Part shown: piece by piece, positions 1 to 9,616 of the stretch | How positions within the stretch are numbered: the first letter of the stretch is position 1 | Layout: each line of letters opens with the position of its first letter | Virus record (IMG/VR): IMGVR_UViG_3300037089_000135 | Length of the DNA: 64,000 nucleotides | Strand: one strand, 5' to 3' | From: an uncultured virus (IMG/VR IMGVR_UViG_3300037089_000135) | Lineage: Duplodnaviria; Heunggongvirae; Uroviricota; Caudoviricetes | Program-made: the position numbers and the translations under genes | Notes under the pieces: generated by a model | What the model saw: only the letters and a program-made list of their open reading frames with translations | The model's database searches: none | What the model was told of the DNA's origin: nothing

Positions 1-669
1 TGTTAATACGTTTGCTGCATATATTCTGGTTGTAATTCTTGCAGGTTTTGTGGTTAATGCACTCGAAGTTATTGTTCCAGAAACTCCGTGTGTGTGATTA
101 GCAGCAATTTCATAATTTCCAGCATTCAATGTCACGACGTATATTGAAGCCGAACCGTCGCCACTTCCTAAAGTAACAGTAGCATTATGACTTCTATTTG
201 CAGTTCCGCCAACTTGTCCGGGAGTAGAACTCAACATGATAAGTTTGCCGTCTGCGCTCGTGTCACGCGAAACTTCTGACCAAGATAATGCTCCTTGGGA
301 AAATACTAATGCGTCTTGCGGGAATCTCCTTTCACTTGCTTCCCACGTTGCAAGATCCATATAAATTAATGCAAACGAATAATATTCTGGATCGTTATTT
401 GCGGAACTTATAGATGATGAACCAACACCGTGATTAGTATGGTTCCTTTCTAATGCTTGTGATCCTAGTGGGTTGGCACCAGCAACTTCTCCTGGATTTG
501 CAACGGACAAATTAATTACAGTATGTGTGTGGGTAGCGGAACCAGCCTTTGCTTTGGCGTCTCCAACTGTTGCCGTAAACCGGAGATATCGACCATCCCC
601 ATCAGTCCATCGAGCCCACGGCGACGGCGGGTTCCCGGCTCCTCTCCACCCTATAATAAGATTAGTCAT
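1..669 (-). CDS. Tail fibre/baseplate-type structural protein, truncated by the left window edge
   Basis: Not in the ORF track. ATG at 669 follows an AGAGGT RBS and the frame stays open to base 1 (MTNLIIGWRGAGNPPSPWARW...GSATHTHTV...NHTHGVSG). The G/S/T-rich sequence with repeated HxH motifs is typical of phage tail fibre/collar proteins. Confidence 0.55.
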   Translation of the reverse strand, partial: MTNLIIGWRGAGNPPSPWARWTDGDGRYLRFTATVGDAKAKAGSATHTHTVINLSVANPGEVAGANPLGSQALERNHTNHGVGSSSISSANNDPEYYSFALIYMDLATWEASERRFPQDALVFSQGALSWSEVSRDTSADGKLIMLSSTPGQVGGTANRSHNATVTLGSGDGSASIYVVTLNAGNYEIAANHTHGVSGTITSSALTTKPARITTRIYAANVLT

Positions 670-678
670 ATATTACCT

Positions 679-1497
679 CTAATAATTATACAATAACTTG
701 TCATATTTAATATATTCTATATGTATATTATTCGTATTTATATCGACGATTAAACCGCCTATATCGGATGGTAAGTAATCTGGTTTACAAATTGAGTCAT
801 GAAAGCATGGACATTGGATCATTCTGCTAGATCCGGATTGAACATCTACGAATCTGTGCCAGTGACCTAACAAAACCAACTCACTCGGATATACTCTGTT
901 CTTCCCGGCTCCATGCTGAAGATGTATTTTTGTTTCATCCGGTAATGAAAATGTAGCGGACTTGATACCGTGACATATGAGATCCGGCCTCATCTTAGTA
1001 AGTAAGTCTCCATAATCCTCATATTTTGATGACTCGCTTATAGTATGATTACCTATAATGTAATGTGTCGTGATTCCATGAATTTTGGGATATCGATCTC
1101 TAACATACTCAAATATTGGTACCGGATCATGAAGAAAAGATTTATCTCTTTGATTCTCATATTTGTTAGTTCCATCTATGAGATCCCCGGCATGAAGTAT
1201 AGTAGTTACGCCTTTATCTTTACATAAATCGTAAAAAGCTATCAAACTGTCTAACTGTTGAAAATTACTTCCAAGATGTGTATCTGCTACGACACCTATC
1301 TTATAAAGATCTTCATGATGTATATCGATATAAAGAGGGTCTATTTTTTGCTTCCTTGTGATAGGACATCGGGGTTCTGTCAATACCCACGGCTTAACTT
1401 TCACTTCGGAGTACCAAATTTTCTTTAAAGCTGGAAGTGTTAAGCCTACAGCTTTTGCAACTCCTCCGAGAGTGCCAGTTTCATTGTAAAGGTCCAT
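679..1497 (-). CDS. Calcineurin-like metallophosphoesterase with N-terminal HTH-like segment
   Basis: Motifs DTH, GDLIDG, GNH, H and GHWH. Paralog of 31452..32591. Confidence 0.85.
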   Translation of the reverse strand: MDLYNETGTLGGVAKAVGLTLPALKKIWYSEVKVKPWVLTEPRCPITRKQKIDPLYIDIHHEDLYKIGVVADTHLGSNFQQLDSLIAFYDLCKDKGVTTILHAGDLIDGTNKYENQRDKSFLHDPVPIFEYVRDRYPKIHGITTHYIIGNHTISESSKYEDYGDLLTKMRPDLICHGIKSATFSLPDETKIHLQHGAGKNRVYPSELVLLGHWHRFVDVQSGSSRMIQCPCFHDSICKPDYLPSDIGGLIVDINTNNIHIEYIKYDKLLYNY

Positions 1498-1541
1498 GAG
1501 TCTTTGTTTAGAAATCTTTGTAACTATGTTTTGCTTCTTTT

Positions 1542-1640
1542 TTATACAGATCCCGCCTTTTCCATTAGTTCGTTCATTTCTTCATCTTCCTTCATTTTGC
1601 GAAGTTCTGCAACCGTTTTATGCTTAGCATCGATGCTCAT
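1542..1640 (-). CDS. Small 32-aa ORF translationally coupled to the upstream peptidase gene
   Basis: ATGA overlap with the stop of 1637..2692; encodes MSIDAKHKTVAELRKMKEDEEMNELMEKAGSV. Confidence 0.4.
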   Translation of the reverse strand: MSIDAKHKTVAELRKMKEDEEMNELMEKAGSV

Positions 1641-2692
1641 GGTTTCACCATCTTCTTAGCTTTTTCAATGTACTCAGAAATTTTCGGAGTTAACAGATTG
1701 TCATACCCGTATTCATGAAGAGTAAAACACTCAGCAAACCCTTCAGCACTATCTACTTTGCCATACTTCGTTGGCACTTTCCAACCGGCTTTAGCTTCTT
1801 CTTTATACAGTTTATTCCATTCTTTTGTATAGAAGAATTTATTTCGCTCCTTAGAATACTGAGTTTTAATCTTACGCATAGATGTTTCAATTTCTTTTAC
1901 CCGAGTTTCATCTTCCGGCTTCATAGGTTTCCATGACATACTATATTTACTTTTTATTGTAGATAGTTCTTCTCTTAAAGGTGTCATAGACGATCTATAT
2001 GTACTGACAACTTTTTCATTTTGTTTTAAACCGGCTTGAATGTTAATATCTGCCATTAACTTATGCCCTAGTTCATGTGTAATTATTGCCGGTGCCAAAT
2101 CATCTATATTTTTAACTGCTATTGGATCGGAGGAATTTGCATACAGTCCATAAGTTTTTAGATACCAATCAACTTCGGAAACCATTTTAGCCCGGTTTTC
2201 CGGATTAAGTAGGCCCGCCGTTAATTTAAGTTCGTTTCTGTCATTCGAATAAGCTGCGAATGTTTGCGACATAAATCCGGAGCTTGGAAGGTTTGCAATA
2301 GTGAAATCATTTAATCCCCGGCCTCCATACTTATCAACTAACTGACTAACTTTATTTGTTATAGGGATAACCTGAGTGTTAATAATCTCTTCTTTTTTAG
2401 GATTTGCAGGATCGATAGCAATGTTAACACGACCTATATTCTTTTGTCCAGATTCAAATACTTTAACTTGTGGCCCGTATCGAGGATGAGGAGTTGCAGA
2501 TTCCTTAAAGTTTACATCTACATAATTTTTACTTCTTCCAATATCTACATCTTCTTCCTTCCGGCCTCTCCCTCGCGTGTCCCACGCTTCAAGAAGACCT
2601 TCAGGCGTGCCATACTTTTTTATCTTGGAATCCTTGTAAATTTTTTCTAACTCTGATTCCGGATGTGGAACTCTAAAAAATGGAAGTGTCAC
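1637..2692 (-). CDS. Tagged cargo protein with zincin-like metallopeptidase domain
   Basis: N-terminal tag IKKYGTPEGLLEAWDTRGRGRKEE; HELGH zinc motif and a downstream YG...EGFAE third-ligand motif. Confidence 0.75.
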   Translation of the reverse strand: MTLPFFRVPHPESELEKIYKDSKIKKYGTPEGLLEAWDTRGRGRKEEDVDIGRSKNYVDVNFKESATPHPRYGPQVKVFESGQKNIGRVNIAIDPANPKKEEIINTQVIPITNKVSQLVDKYGGRGLNDFTIANLPSSGFMSQTFAAYSNDRNELKLTAGLLNPENRAKMVSEVDWYLKTYGLYANSSDPIAVKNIDDLAPAIITHELGHKLMADINIQAGLKQNEKVVSTYRSSMTPLREELSTIKSKYSMSWKPMKPEDETRVKEIETSMRKIKTQYSKERNKFFYTKEWNKLYKEEAKAGWKVPTKYGKVDSAEGFAECFTLHEYGYDNLLTPKISEYIEKAKKMVKP

Positions 2693-4410
2693 TGATATCC
2701 CTCCAGGGCCTTATCTACTGATTTCATATAATAAAATACTTCGTCTGGAATAGTAATATTATTTACATATGCACAATGCATCTCTGCAAACTCTTCTGCA
2801 TAGTTAGTTAATCCGTACTCACTTACGATTTCTCCTCTTGCAACGATTCCTTTACAAATTACTTTCCATTGATCTTTTAAATTATTAATGTTGTCATCGC
2901 CATCAATTCGTTCTAATAGTGCTTGTTTGAGATGTCCTACCTCATGATCAATTGTAAACTTTCGGTATGTTTCCATACCTTTATTTAAAGCATACTTATT
3001 TGAGACAGTGTACTCTTCATCACCCTTATCGTAAATTGCTTTCTTGTGAGCTTCGAAAGATTTTTCATCAACTAAAGCTTTATTGAAAGTAATATCGAAG
3101 TCGCCTTGGTTGTCACTGGCAAAGTCTCCAGCATCTTCAAACGGGCTAACGTGAAAAGTACATGTCTGGAATAATTTAGGAGAATAGTTCTTATTACAAT
3201 AGTCAGAAATTAATTTATTATCTGAAAACCTTGTATCAATAGGTGATGCTTTTTCTGGTTTCTTTTCTTCAGTAGAAAATTTAGCTTCAAGATCCTTTAA
3301 GTTCCAGGGACCCGGTACATCCTCACCGCCTCCATAGTATCTTACTTCAACCGGAATTGATTTGAATCCAAACTCGCGAGCTAAAGCGGTTCTATGGTTG
3401 CCTTCAGAGATAAATGCATCTCCTCGATGATTTACGTTAATAAACACCGCTTCTTTGATGCCTTCCGACTTTACTGAGTCTCTTATAGGGTCCGATTTGA
3501 AATCATGAAGAATCTGCCTGTTTAGATGCTCGTCATTGAGTCCAGGGAGTTTACCTATCATTTCCATTGGCATATGCCCTTCAAACCCTCCTGTAGGGGT
3601 TCCAGGGACTCTTCGGCCATTCTGGTATCTCTCTTCATCGTCAGCCCGTTCTTCGGCCAACCATGAGCCTCCAGGGTTATCTCTCCAGGTTCTACTTATG
3701 CTTCCTTCTGGAGCTGGAGAATTAGATGCTTCTATATTGCCAGGGGTATCTTTTAAAATAGATTTCAAAAAATTATATCGTTTTGCATGTTCATGATGAA
3801 ATGCTTTAGGGTCCTGATAAAACTTAGTTACTGACCATGCAAATTCTTCTTTAGCATTATAATTTCCTTCGGTTGCCCAATGTTCATCCGGGGTAGAAAT
3901 TATTTTTTTCCATGCTGGATTATCTGAAATACCATTATCAGCATCGTATGCGTGAGCGCATTCATGTAATAAATTCCGGTATGCATCTCCTCCGATGTCA
4001 TTAGTATATACGGTTATCCACATATGATCCGGGTCGTAGTTAGCGGTTTTTGGAATGATGCTGTCTTTCGAATCGACTGGAAGTTTAGACGTAAATGTGT
4101 ATCCGGCAACAGGAGATCGCAGAAAACTAGGTATATTTTTTAATAGTGTTAAATATGATTCAGGACTTAAATCACTTTTATCAGTCTCGATTGTAAATTC
4201 TGAGTCTTTTTCTGAATATTTAGAATATCTAGTTTCATTGTCTACTTCGTCAGATATTTTTTTAAATGTTCCAGTTGCTTCGTCTTCTTCCTTCCGGCCT
4301 CTCCCTCTTGTATCCCACGCCCTTTCAAGTCCCTCCGGAGTTCCAAACTTTTGAACATCGTCTTTAATGATGACAATACCATCAGGGTCCATTAAAAAAC
4401 GATTCTTCAT
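2689..4410 (-). CDS. Tagged cargo protein: zincin + ParB/Srx-like + zincin domains
   Basis: Tag VQKFGTPEGLERAWDTRGRGRKEE; HECAH...EEFA; ParB-like SVKSEGIKEAV...ISEGNHRTALARE.G...IPV; HEVGH...YG.TN..EEFAE. Confidence 0.75.
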   Translation of the reverse strand: MKNRFLMDPDGIVIIKDDVQKFGTPEGLERAWDTRGRGRKEEDEATGTFKKISDEVDNETRYSKYSEKDSEFTIETDKSDLSPESYLTLLKNIPSFLRSPVAGYTFTSKLPVDSKDSIIPKTANYDPDHMWITVYTNDIGGDAYRNLLHECAHAYDADNGISDNPAWKKIISTPDEHWATEGNYNAKEEFAWSVTKFYQDPKAFHHEHAKRYNFLKSILKDTPGNIEASNSPAPEGSISRTWRDNPGGSWLAEERADDEERYQNGRRVPGTPTGGFEGHMPMEMIGKLPGLNDEHLNRQILHDFKSDPIRDSVKSEGIKEAVFINVNHRGDAFISEGNHRTALAREFGFKSIPVEVRYYGGGEDVPGPWNLKDLEAKFSTEEKKPEKASPIDTRFSDNKLISDYCNKNYSPKLFQTCTFHVSPFEDAGDFASDNQGDFDITFNKALVDEKSFEAHKKAIYDKGDEEYTVSNKYALNKGMETYRKFTIDHEVGHLKQALLERIDGDDNINNLKDQWKVICKGIVARGEIVSEYGLTNYAEEFAEMHCAYVNNITIPDEVFYYMKSVDKALEGYQ

Positions 4411-5381
4411 TTATCTTCCTCCAGGGGTGATATAACAATTACGTTCACATCATAAGATTTCCATTTTTCATTTCGTGTTGATATCACTTTCCATTTGGTA
4501 TTTCGCTCTATTAAAAGCTCTCGTTCGCGAATGTTCATTATCGAATTTTTGTCCATGTACGTAGCGTGTATACCTTTATTGGCATGTATTTCAAATAACA
4601 TATTTTTATTTTTATATGTATTGTCTCCATGCACAAAATCTAAGGCCCAACTTTTATCTAATGCTGTAGCCATGAATCCTTTATATTCGAATTTATCTCC
4701 AGTTTCGAAACCTTTTGGAAAAGTAATTTGGCATTTACTTACATCCATACCTCGATAGGAAACAACGTCTTGAGGAAGTATGGACTTATTTAATATACCA
4801 TCTAATATACTAACATTGTTTTTTGCTTCTTTAAGTTTAGGTTCATAATAGAAAGGTTGATTTTTATAATTTTCTAAACCTCCAAATAAGTAGCTATTTG
4901 TAACTTCAAAATGCTCAGTCCAATTATCAAGAAATTCATTTTCAACCGGAGTATATACATTCGTTCTTAAATATGATTCGTAGGCTTGCATATTTTTTAA
5001 ACTTTGTGGCCTATGGTCTTCAATAAGATCGTTTACAACTTGATCTACATGCTTCTTACCAACTTGTCCAACTAACTTTTGAGTTAATGTTCGTCTTAAA
5101 CCGGGTTCGTCTTCTTCAGGATATTGGTCGAAGTTTTGATAATCTTGAAAAATGTTTGATACACTATTAAAAATACTATCATAATCAAATAAATCTCTTG
5201 GGTTTTCAGAAGTTTTCTCTTCTTCCTTTTGACCTCGCCCTCTTGTATTCCATGCTTCAAGAAGACCTAGATGCGTACCAAACTTCGCTATATCATCTTT
5301 TGGCGGGCTGATCCCATAAGCCCTACCAATCGCATTATGTAGTACTCTATGTACCTTTTGCATGTTAAATTTAGGGATCAT
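4407..5381 (-). CDS. Tagged cargo protein with VIP2/Alt-like ADP-ribosyltransferase domain
   Basis: Tag IAKFGTHLGLLEAWNTRGRGQKEE; R-S-E clade motifs YRG, KGFMATA (normally FxSTS) and ERELLI. Confidence 0.8.
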   Translation of the reverse strand: MIPKFNMQKVHRVLHNAIGRAYGISPPKDDIAKFGTHLGLLEAWNTRGRGQKEEEKTSENPRDLFDYDSIFNSVSNIFQDYQNFDQYPEEDEPGLRRTLTQKLVGQVGKKHVDQVVNDLIEDHRPQSLKNMQAYESYLRTNVYTPVENEFLDNWTEHFEVTNSYLFGGLENYKNQPFYYEPKLKEAKNNVSILDGILNKSILPQDVVSYRGMDVSKCQITFPKGFETGDKFEYKGFMATALDKSWALDFVHGDNTYKNKNMLFEIHANKGIHATYMDKNSIMNIRERELLIERNTKWKVISTRNEKWKSYDVNVIVISPLEEDK

Positions 5382-5400
5382 TTATTATTGCCTCACGATT

Positions 5401-7077
5401 TTATTTCTTCTCAGATTTTTGTTTATCCGGACTATCCTCTTTAGGTCTATTGATCTTGATATGCACAAAGTCGCCTAGATCATATTCGTCTTTAGTAAAG
5501 TCGGTTTCGCCATAAGTTTCCAGCAATTTTTTAGTTTGCTTTTGTCCCATGTCAAAATGATTTTGGAGAAAAGAGTCGAACTTATTATAATCTATTTCAA
5601 TGTTTAATCCGCCTGATTTATTCTTACTGATGTCGGATATCTCACCGGCCAAAGTTCCTAAACTAAACTTAGGAGTCATATTATCGATTGATGCTGTAGC
5701 CGATTTTAGGTCTCTCTTAAGGTTGTCGCTGAGTCTGGTATCTGCATCTATGTCCGCCCATAGCTGAGAACGTTGTGCGGTAAATGCTTTGATATCGTTG
5801 GTCTTTGCGGCCTCACCCATAGATTCCAAGTGCTCTGCTCCATTTTGAACATACTCAAATACTGATGGAAGCTTTTCGGTACTGAAGAGTGCAAGATTAT
5901 CAGAGAGTCTTGTGCTAGTTGCTAGAACATCCTTCTTATCTAATAGAGGTGAGTCGTGGGTTCTTATGATCTCCTTCATTCTATCAAATTCTTTAGAACT
6001 GAAGATCTTATCTTTGTTCCAGTCGTTTCGTTCACCTTCGAAAATATTTGCACTCATTTCCGGGTGTTGACCTGTTGCAACTATTCCTCGGACCCCTCCA
6101 GCTCTAACAACCGGCGTATCATAACCGATATCGTGATTTACCATGATAGCGATTGACATTAGCTTTTCTTTTGGATCAAGATCGCCTAGAGCTTTCATCA
6201 TAGTTTCTTGACGCTCCATGTTTCCTTCAAGATGTCTTATACCATGATCTGTAAAAGAATTACGATTAGATTGTATTTCTTGATACGTCATTTTGTCAAT
6301 AGTATCTTGAACAAATACATTTAGATCCTCAGATTTTATATCCTTGAAAGCCGGGTCCTTAATAAGTTTATCAAGCCTATCTATGTGATCCCTCATTAAG
6401 CGGTTAGTTTGACCACAGTAATAATTTTCATACATCTGGCTTTTAAGTTTAGCATTGTTTATGATGTCATTGGCTGCATCTGGAGTCATAGGCCCGGCCA
6501 CTTTCTTCATCTTCCGGGTTACGTCGGTGCCTGAAACGAGTTTGGTTAACTCAGTCTTCATGTCCTCATGAATATCCGCAATGGTAGCTTGTTTCATGTA
6601 CTGCTCATGAGTGATCTTCTTAGGATCATCTGGAAGGCCCTCTATAAGCTTTTGTGCGCTCTGTGATAAATCCCTTGGCGATTTGCTTTTAGGTGTCTCT
6701 TGGCCCTTTGGTGCCTTCCTGGAGGCATTCTGAGTATCTTCTTGAGCCGGTTGTCTATCTGTCGTAGGTTCATCTTTAGGATGTCTTCCCCGGCCTCTCT
6801 CATCCCATGCTCGCTTAAGGCCCTCCGGAGTACCGAACTTCTCTATAAGTTCTTTAAGAACTGGAGATGTGAACACTTTCGATAATTCTTCATCATGTTC
6901 AACTTCTTCATTGGTCTTGTATTGAATACCATGATCGCCCTTATATGGAAAATGATGATCCACTGTATCATAAACAATAGGATCAGGTATACCATCAGGA
7001 TATGCCTTACAGGATAGTTTAGTGTCATTCCTGTTGTAGTATCCACAAGTCATACATATTGGTGCGCGCCCGATCAT
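5401..7077 (-). CDS. Tagged cargo protein with Cys/His-rich leader and HD-superfamily phosphohydrolase domain
   Basis: Leader CxxC...CKAYPDGIP...DH..PYKGDHGIQY; tag IEKFGTPEGLKRAWDERGRGR; HD motifs DHGIRH, NHDIG, H, THD, SDNL. Confidence 0.7.
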   Translation of the reverse strand: MIGRAPICMTCGYYNRNDTKLSCKAYPDGIPDPIVYDTVDHHFPYKGDHGIQYKTNEEVEHDEELSKVFTSPVLKELIEKFGTPEGLKRAWDERGRGRHPKDEPTTDRQPAQEDTQNASRKAPKGQETPKSKSPRDLSQSAQKLIEGLPDDPKKITHEQYMKQATIADIHEDMKTELTKLVSGTDVTRKMKKVAGPMTPDAANDIINNAKLKSQMYENYYCGQTNRLMRDHIDRLDKLIKDPAFKDIKSEDLNVFVQDTIDKMTYQEIQSNRNSFTDHGIRHLEGNMERQETMMKALGDLDPKEKLMSIAIMVNHDIGYDTPVVRAGGVRGIVATGQHPEMSANIFEGERNDWNKDKIFSSKEFDRMKEIIRTHDSPLLDKKDVLATSTRLSDNLALFSTEKLPSVFEYVQNGAEHLESMGEAAKTNDIKAFTAQRSQLWADIDADTRLSDNLKRDLKSATASIDNMTPKFSLGTLAGEISDISKNKSGGLNIEIDYNKFDSFLQNHFDMGQKQTKKLLETYGETDFTKDEYDLGDFVHIKINRPKEDSPDKQKSEKK

Positions 7078-7577
7078 ATGTCATCACCATATTTATTTGC
7101 TACATGTTTACAATATTTAATAAATTCTTTCATTGATCTATCTCCTTTAGTGGTATTGCATCGACGGCATATGATTTGAATATTATCAATGTTGATAATA
7201 TTAGAATTATCTAATCTATCTAATGTAGGACTATCATGAGTAGATTTTTTGTTAGTACCCCATTTCAATTCACAATTACAAATATTACAGTATTGACTAT
7301 TGTTAGCTAATGTTTCCAATTCAATACGCGACAATGTAATTAAACATCCTCTTTTTTTATGATCTTGAATTGTATACATAGCCCAATATCTAGTAGGGTA
7401 TAAAGTTTTTAAGTCTCGTTGATGATTAGAAATGCAAGTATTACATATTTTTGTTATGTAATCATCATCTCTAACATAAAATTCAACTACTGGCTTAACT
7501 TTATGACATTTTGAGCACCATTTCATTCCATCGGCTACGTCTATTTCACAACGTTGTAAAAGTTCACCTTTTCTCAT
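7074..7577 (-). mobile_element. Free-standing HNH endonuclease (family A)
   Basis: CxxC zinc finger, CxxC...SPTLDR...NIQIICRRCNTTK; AT-rich; upstream TATA-like motif at 7614-7625. Confidence 0.8.
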
Positions 7578-7636
7578 AAAAATCGTATTCTCCTATGGGA
7601 TGATATTGCATTAATACTATTTATAGATGTCTATTG

Positions 7637-9616
7637 TCATTTGTGCATCGCCTTCCATTCTGGACTATTTAGTAACTGAGTCAATTTTCTAACTCCTTTA
7701 GTTTGCTTATCTGGAGGCGTGTAATACGCACTCATAAAGCTTTCGGCCCATCTTTCAGCATTATTTTGTTTGGCGTACTCAGAACATGGTTCACTTTCCA
7801 ATTCTCCATATTCAAGATTATTTACTTCTGCTTGTACTGGATTAGCATTTATTTTATCTTGTGATTCCGATAACGTAAGATCTTTTAATCCCCGTAACTG
7901 TTCATAGTAAACATGATGTCCGAATTCATGACAAACCAGAGCGCCGGGCGTATCACATCCTGCTGGATGAAATCCTGATGCCACATCTTTTTGTAAATGT
8001 TCATCAAAGTCTTTTTGCGCCCATCCGGAAAAATAATGGTCACTTAATATTATTTCACTTTTTTCAGTTGAATATGCTGCATATGCACCCCATCCAGGAT
8101 CACCGGCCTTTATACCGGCCAACGTTTGCATATCCTTCGGGTAATCATCATTAAGTGCTTTACATTCGTTAGTTATCACTATAGCTAACTTAGGAGATAT
8201 CCCTGTAAAATCAGCTCTGCATTTTGGAGCGAACTTCTTAAACTCATCGCAGCACTTATCAAGTACCTTATTATCTATAATGTTTTTTTGAGTAATAAGG
8301 GTTTCACGTTCTTGCTTATTGGCTTTACGTTGCTCAGGTGTAAGTGAATCTTCAAAATGAACTGTTGGGTCCATCACGATCTTTCTTTGATCCATATCAG
8401 CTAAGGCTTGTATTTTATTACGTATAGCATCAGATTGTGCAAGATCATCAACAATTTCTTTATCTTCTTCTTCATGCCTTCCCCGGCCTCGCGTATCCCA
8501 TGCCCGGACAAGTCCTTCTGAGGTACCGAACTTTCTTATTGATGTTATGCCTACTTCTTTATGCCACTCATCAGAATGCAAATATTCACTTAACTTCTTT
8601 ACTCCAGGAGTTTGTTTATCTGGAGGAGTATAATAGACACTCACAAAACTTTCTGCCCATCTTTCTGCCCGATCGTGCTTAGCGTATTCTGAGCATGGAT
8701 GATCCTTAAGTTCCGTATTGAGTAGATGAATTACTTTATCTGCAATATTCTCTCTTCCAAATGGTTTTTCATATGTATCCATTCCGAGATAATAGTAAAC
8801 ATGATGTCCGAATTCATGACAAAACACGGAATCCGGTGAATCACAACCTGGAGGATGAAACCCGGTACGAACACTTTCTGATAACTCTCCATAAAATTTG
8901 CCACCATTATAAGATGCAAAAGATTCATCTCTTAAAGTTATTGCTTGATGCTGTATACTATATTCAGCCCATGCATTTTCATTTGATACGCTTCCAGTAT
9001 GAAAATTATGCAGATATTGCATTTGCTTAGGATATTCTTTTGCAAGTTTTTCGGCCTCTTCCGTTATGTGAACTTCGAAACTTGGATCACATCCATATAA
9101 GCTTATGTCAGCGTTTGGTGCTATCTTTACTAATTTATCAGCACAGTATGCATCAACTCTTTCTCTAATTTGACTTTGTTCTTCCATTAGATCATGCTTT
9201 TCTCTTTTAATTTCATAGAGTTCGTTTTGTGATCGTATAATGCCAGAACTCATAAGAGTATCGGATAACCTTTTTTTCACGCCGTCTAACGACATATTAA
9301 TATTATTACTTCTTAATATATCATTTGTAATATTTTCCTCACTATTCCAGGCTGACGCATCAGGCTTAGGGTCCTCTTCCTTCCGGCCTCTCCCTCGCGT
9401 GTCCCACGCTTCAAGAAGACCTTCATGAGTGCCGAACTTATGCAGATCCGATTTCTCAGCTTCTTTTATAGAATCTTGGAAGTGAGAAGGTAAATCTTCA
9501 AAAGAGTCAACCTTAGTTAAATATATGGATAGTCGATACTTCTCCTCGAAACTCATTCCATTTCTGATTAGAGTTTCAGCTATTCGAGCTACCCGGCGAC
9601 TCAATTCTGCATTCAT
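7637..9616 (-). CDS. Tagged cargo protein with two tandem tag+zincin modules
   Basis: Tags LHKFGTHEGLLEAWDTRGRGRKEE and IRKFGTSEGLVRAWDTRGRGRHEE, each followed by GFHP.GCD...CHEFGHHVYY...PCSEYAK...ERWAESF. Confidence 0.8.
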   Translation of the reverse strand: MNAELSRRVARIAETLIRNGMSFEEKYRLSIYLTKVDSFEDLPSHFQDSIKEAEKSDLHKFGTHEGLLEAWDTRGRGRKEEDPKPDASAWNSEENITNDILRSNNINMSLDGVKKRLSDTLMSSGIIRSQNELYEIKREKHDLMEEQSQIRERVDAYCADKLVKIAPNADISLYGCDPSFEVHITEEAEKLAKEYPKQMQYLHNFHTGSVSNENAWAEYSIQHQAITLRDESFASYNGGKFYGELSESVRTGFHPPGCDSPDSVFCHEFGHHVYYYLGMDTYEKPFGRENIADKVIHLLNTELKDHPCSEYAKHDRAERWAESFVSVYYTPPDKQTPGVKKLSEYLHSDEWHKEVGITSIRKFGTSEGLVRAWDTRGRGRHEEEDKEIVDDLAQSDAIRNKIQALADMDQRKIVMDPTVHFEDSLTPEQRKANKQERETLITQKNIIDNKVLDKCCDEFKKFAPKCRADFTGISPKLAIVITNECKALNDDYPKDMQTLAGIKAGDPGWGAYAAYSTEKSEIILSDHYFSGWAQKDFDEHLQKDVASGFHPAGCDTPGALVCHEFGHHVYYEQLRGLKDLTLSESQDKINANPVQAEVNNLEYGELESEPCSEYAKQNNAERWAESFMSAYYTPPDKQTKGVRKLTQLLNSPEWKAMHK

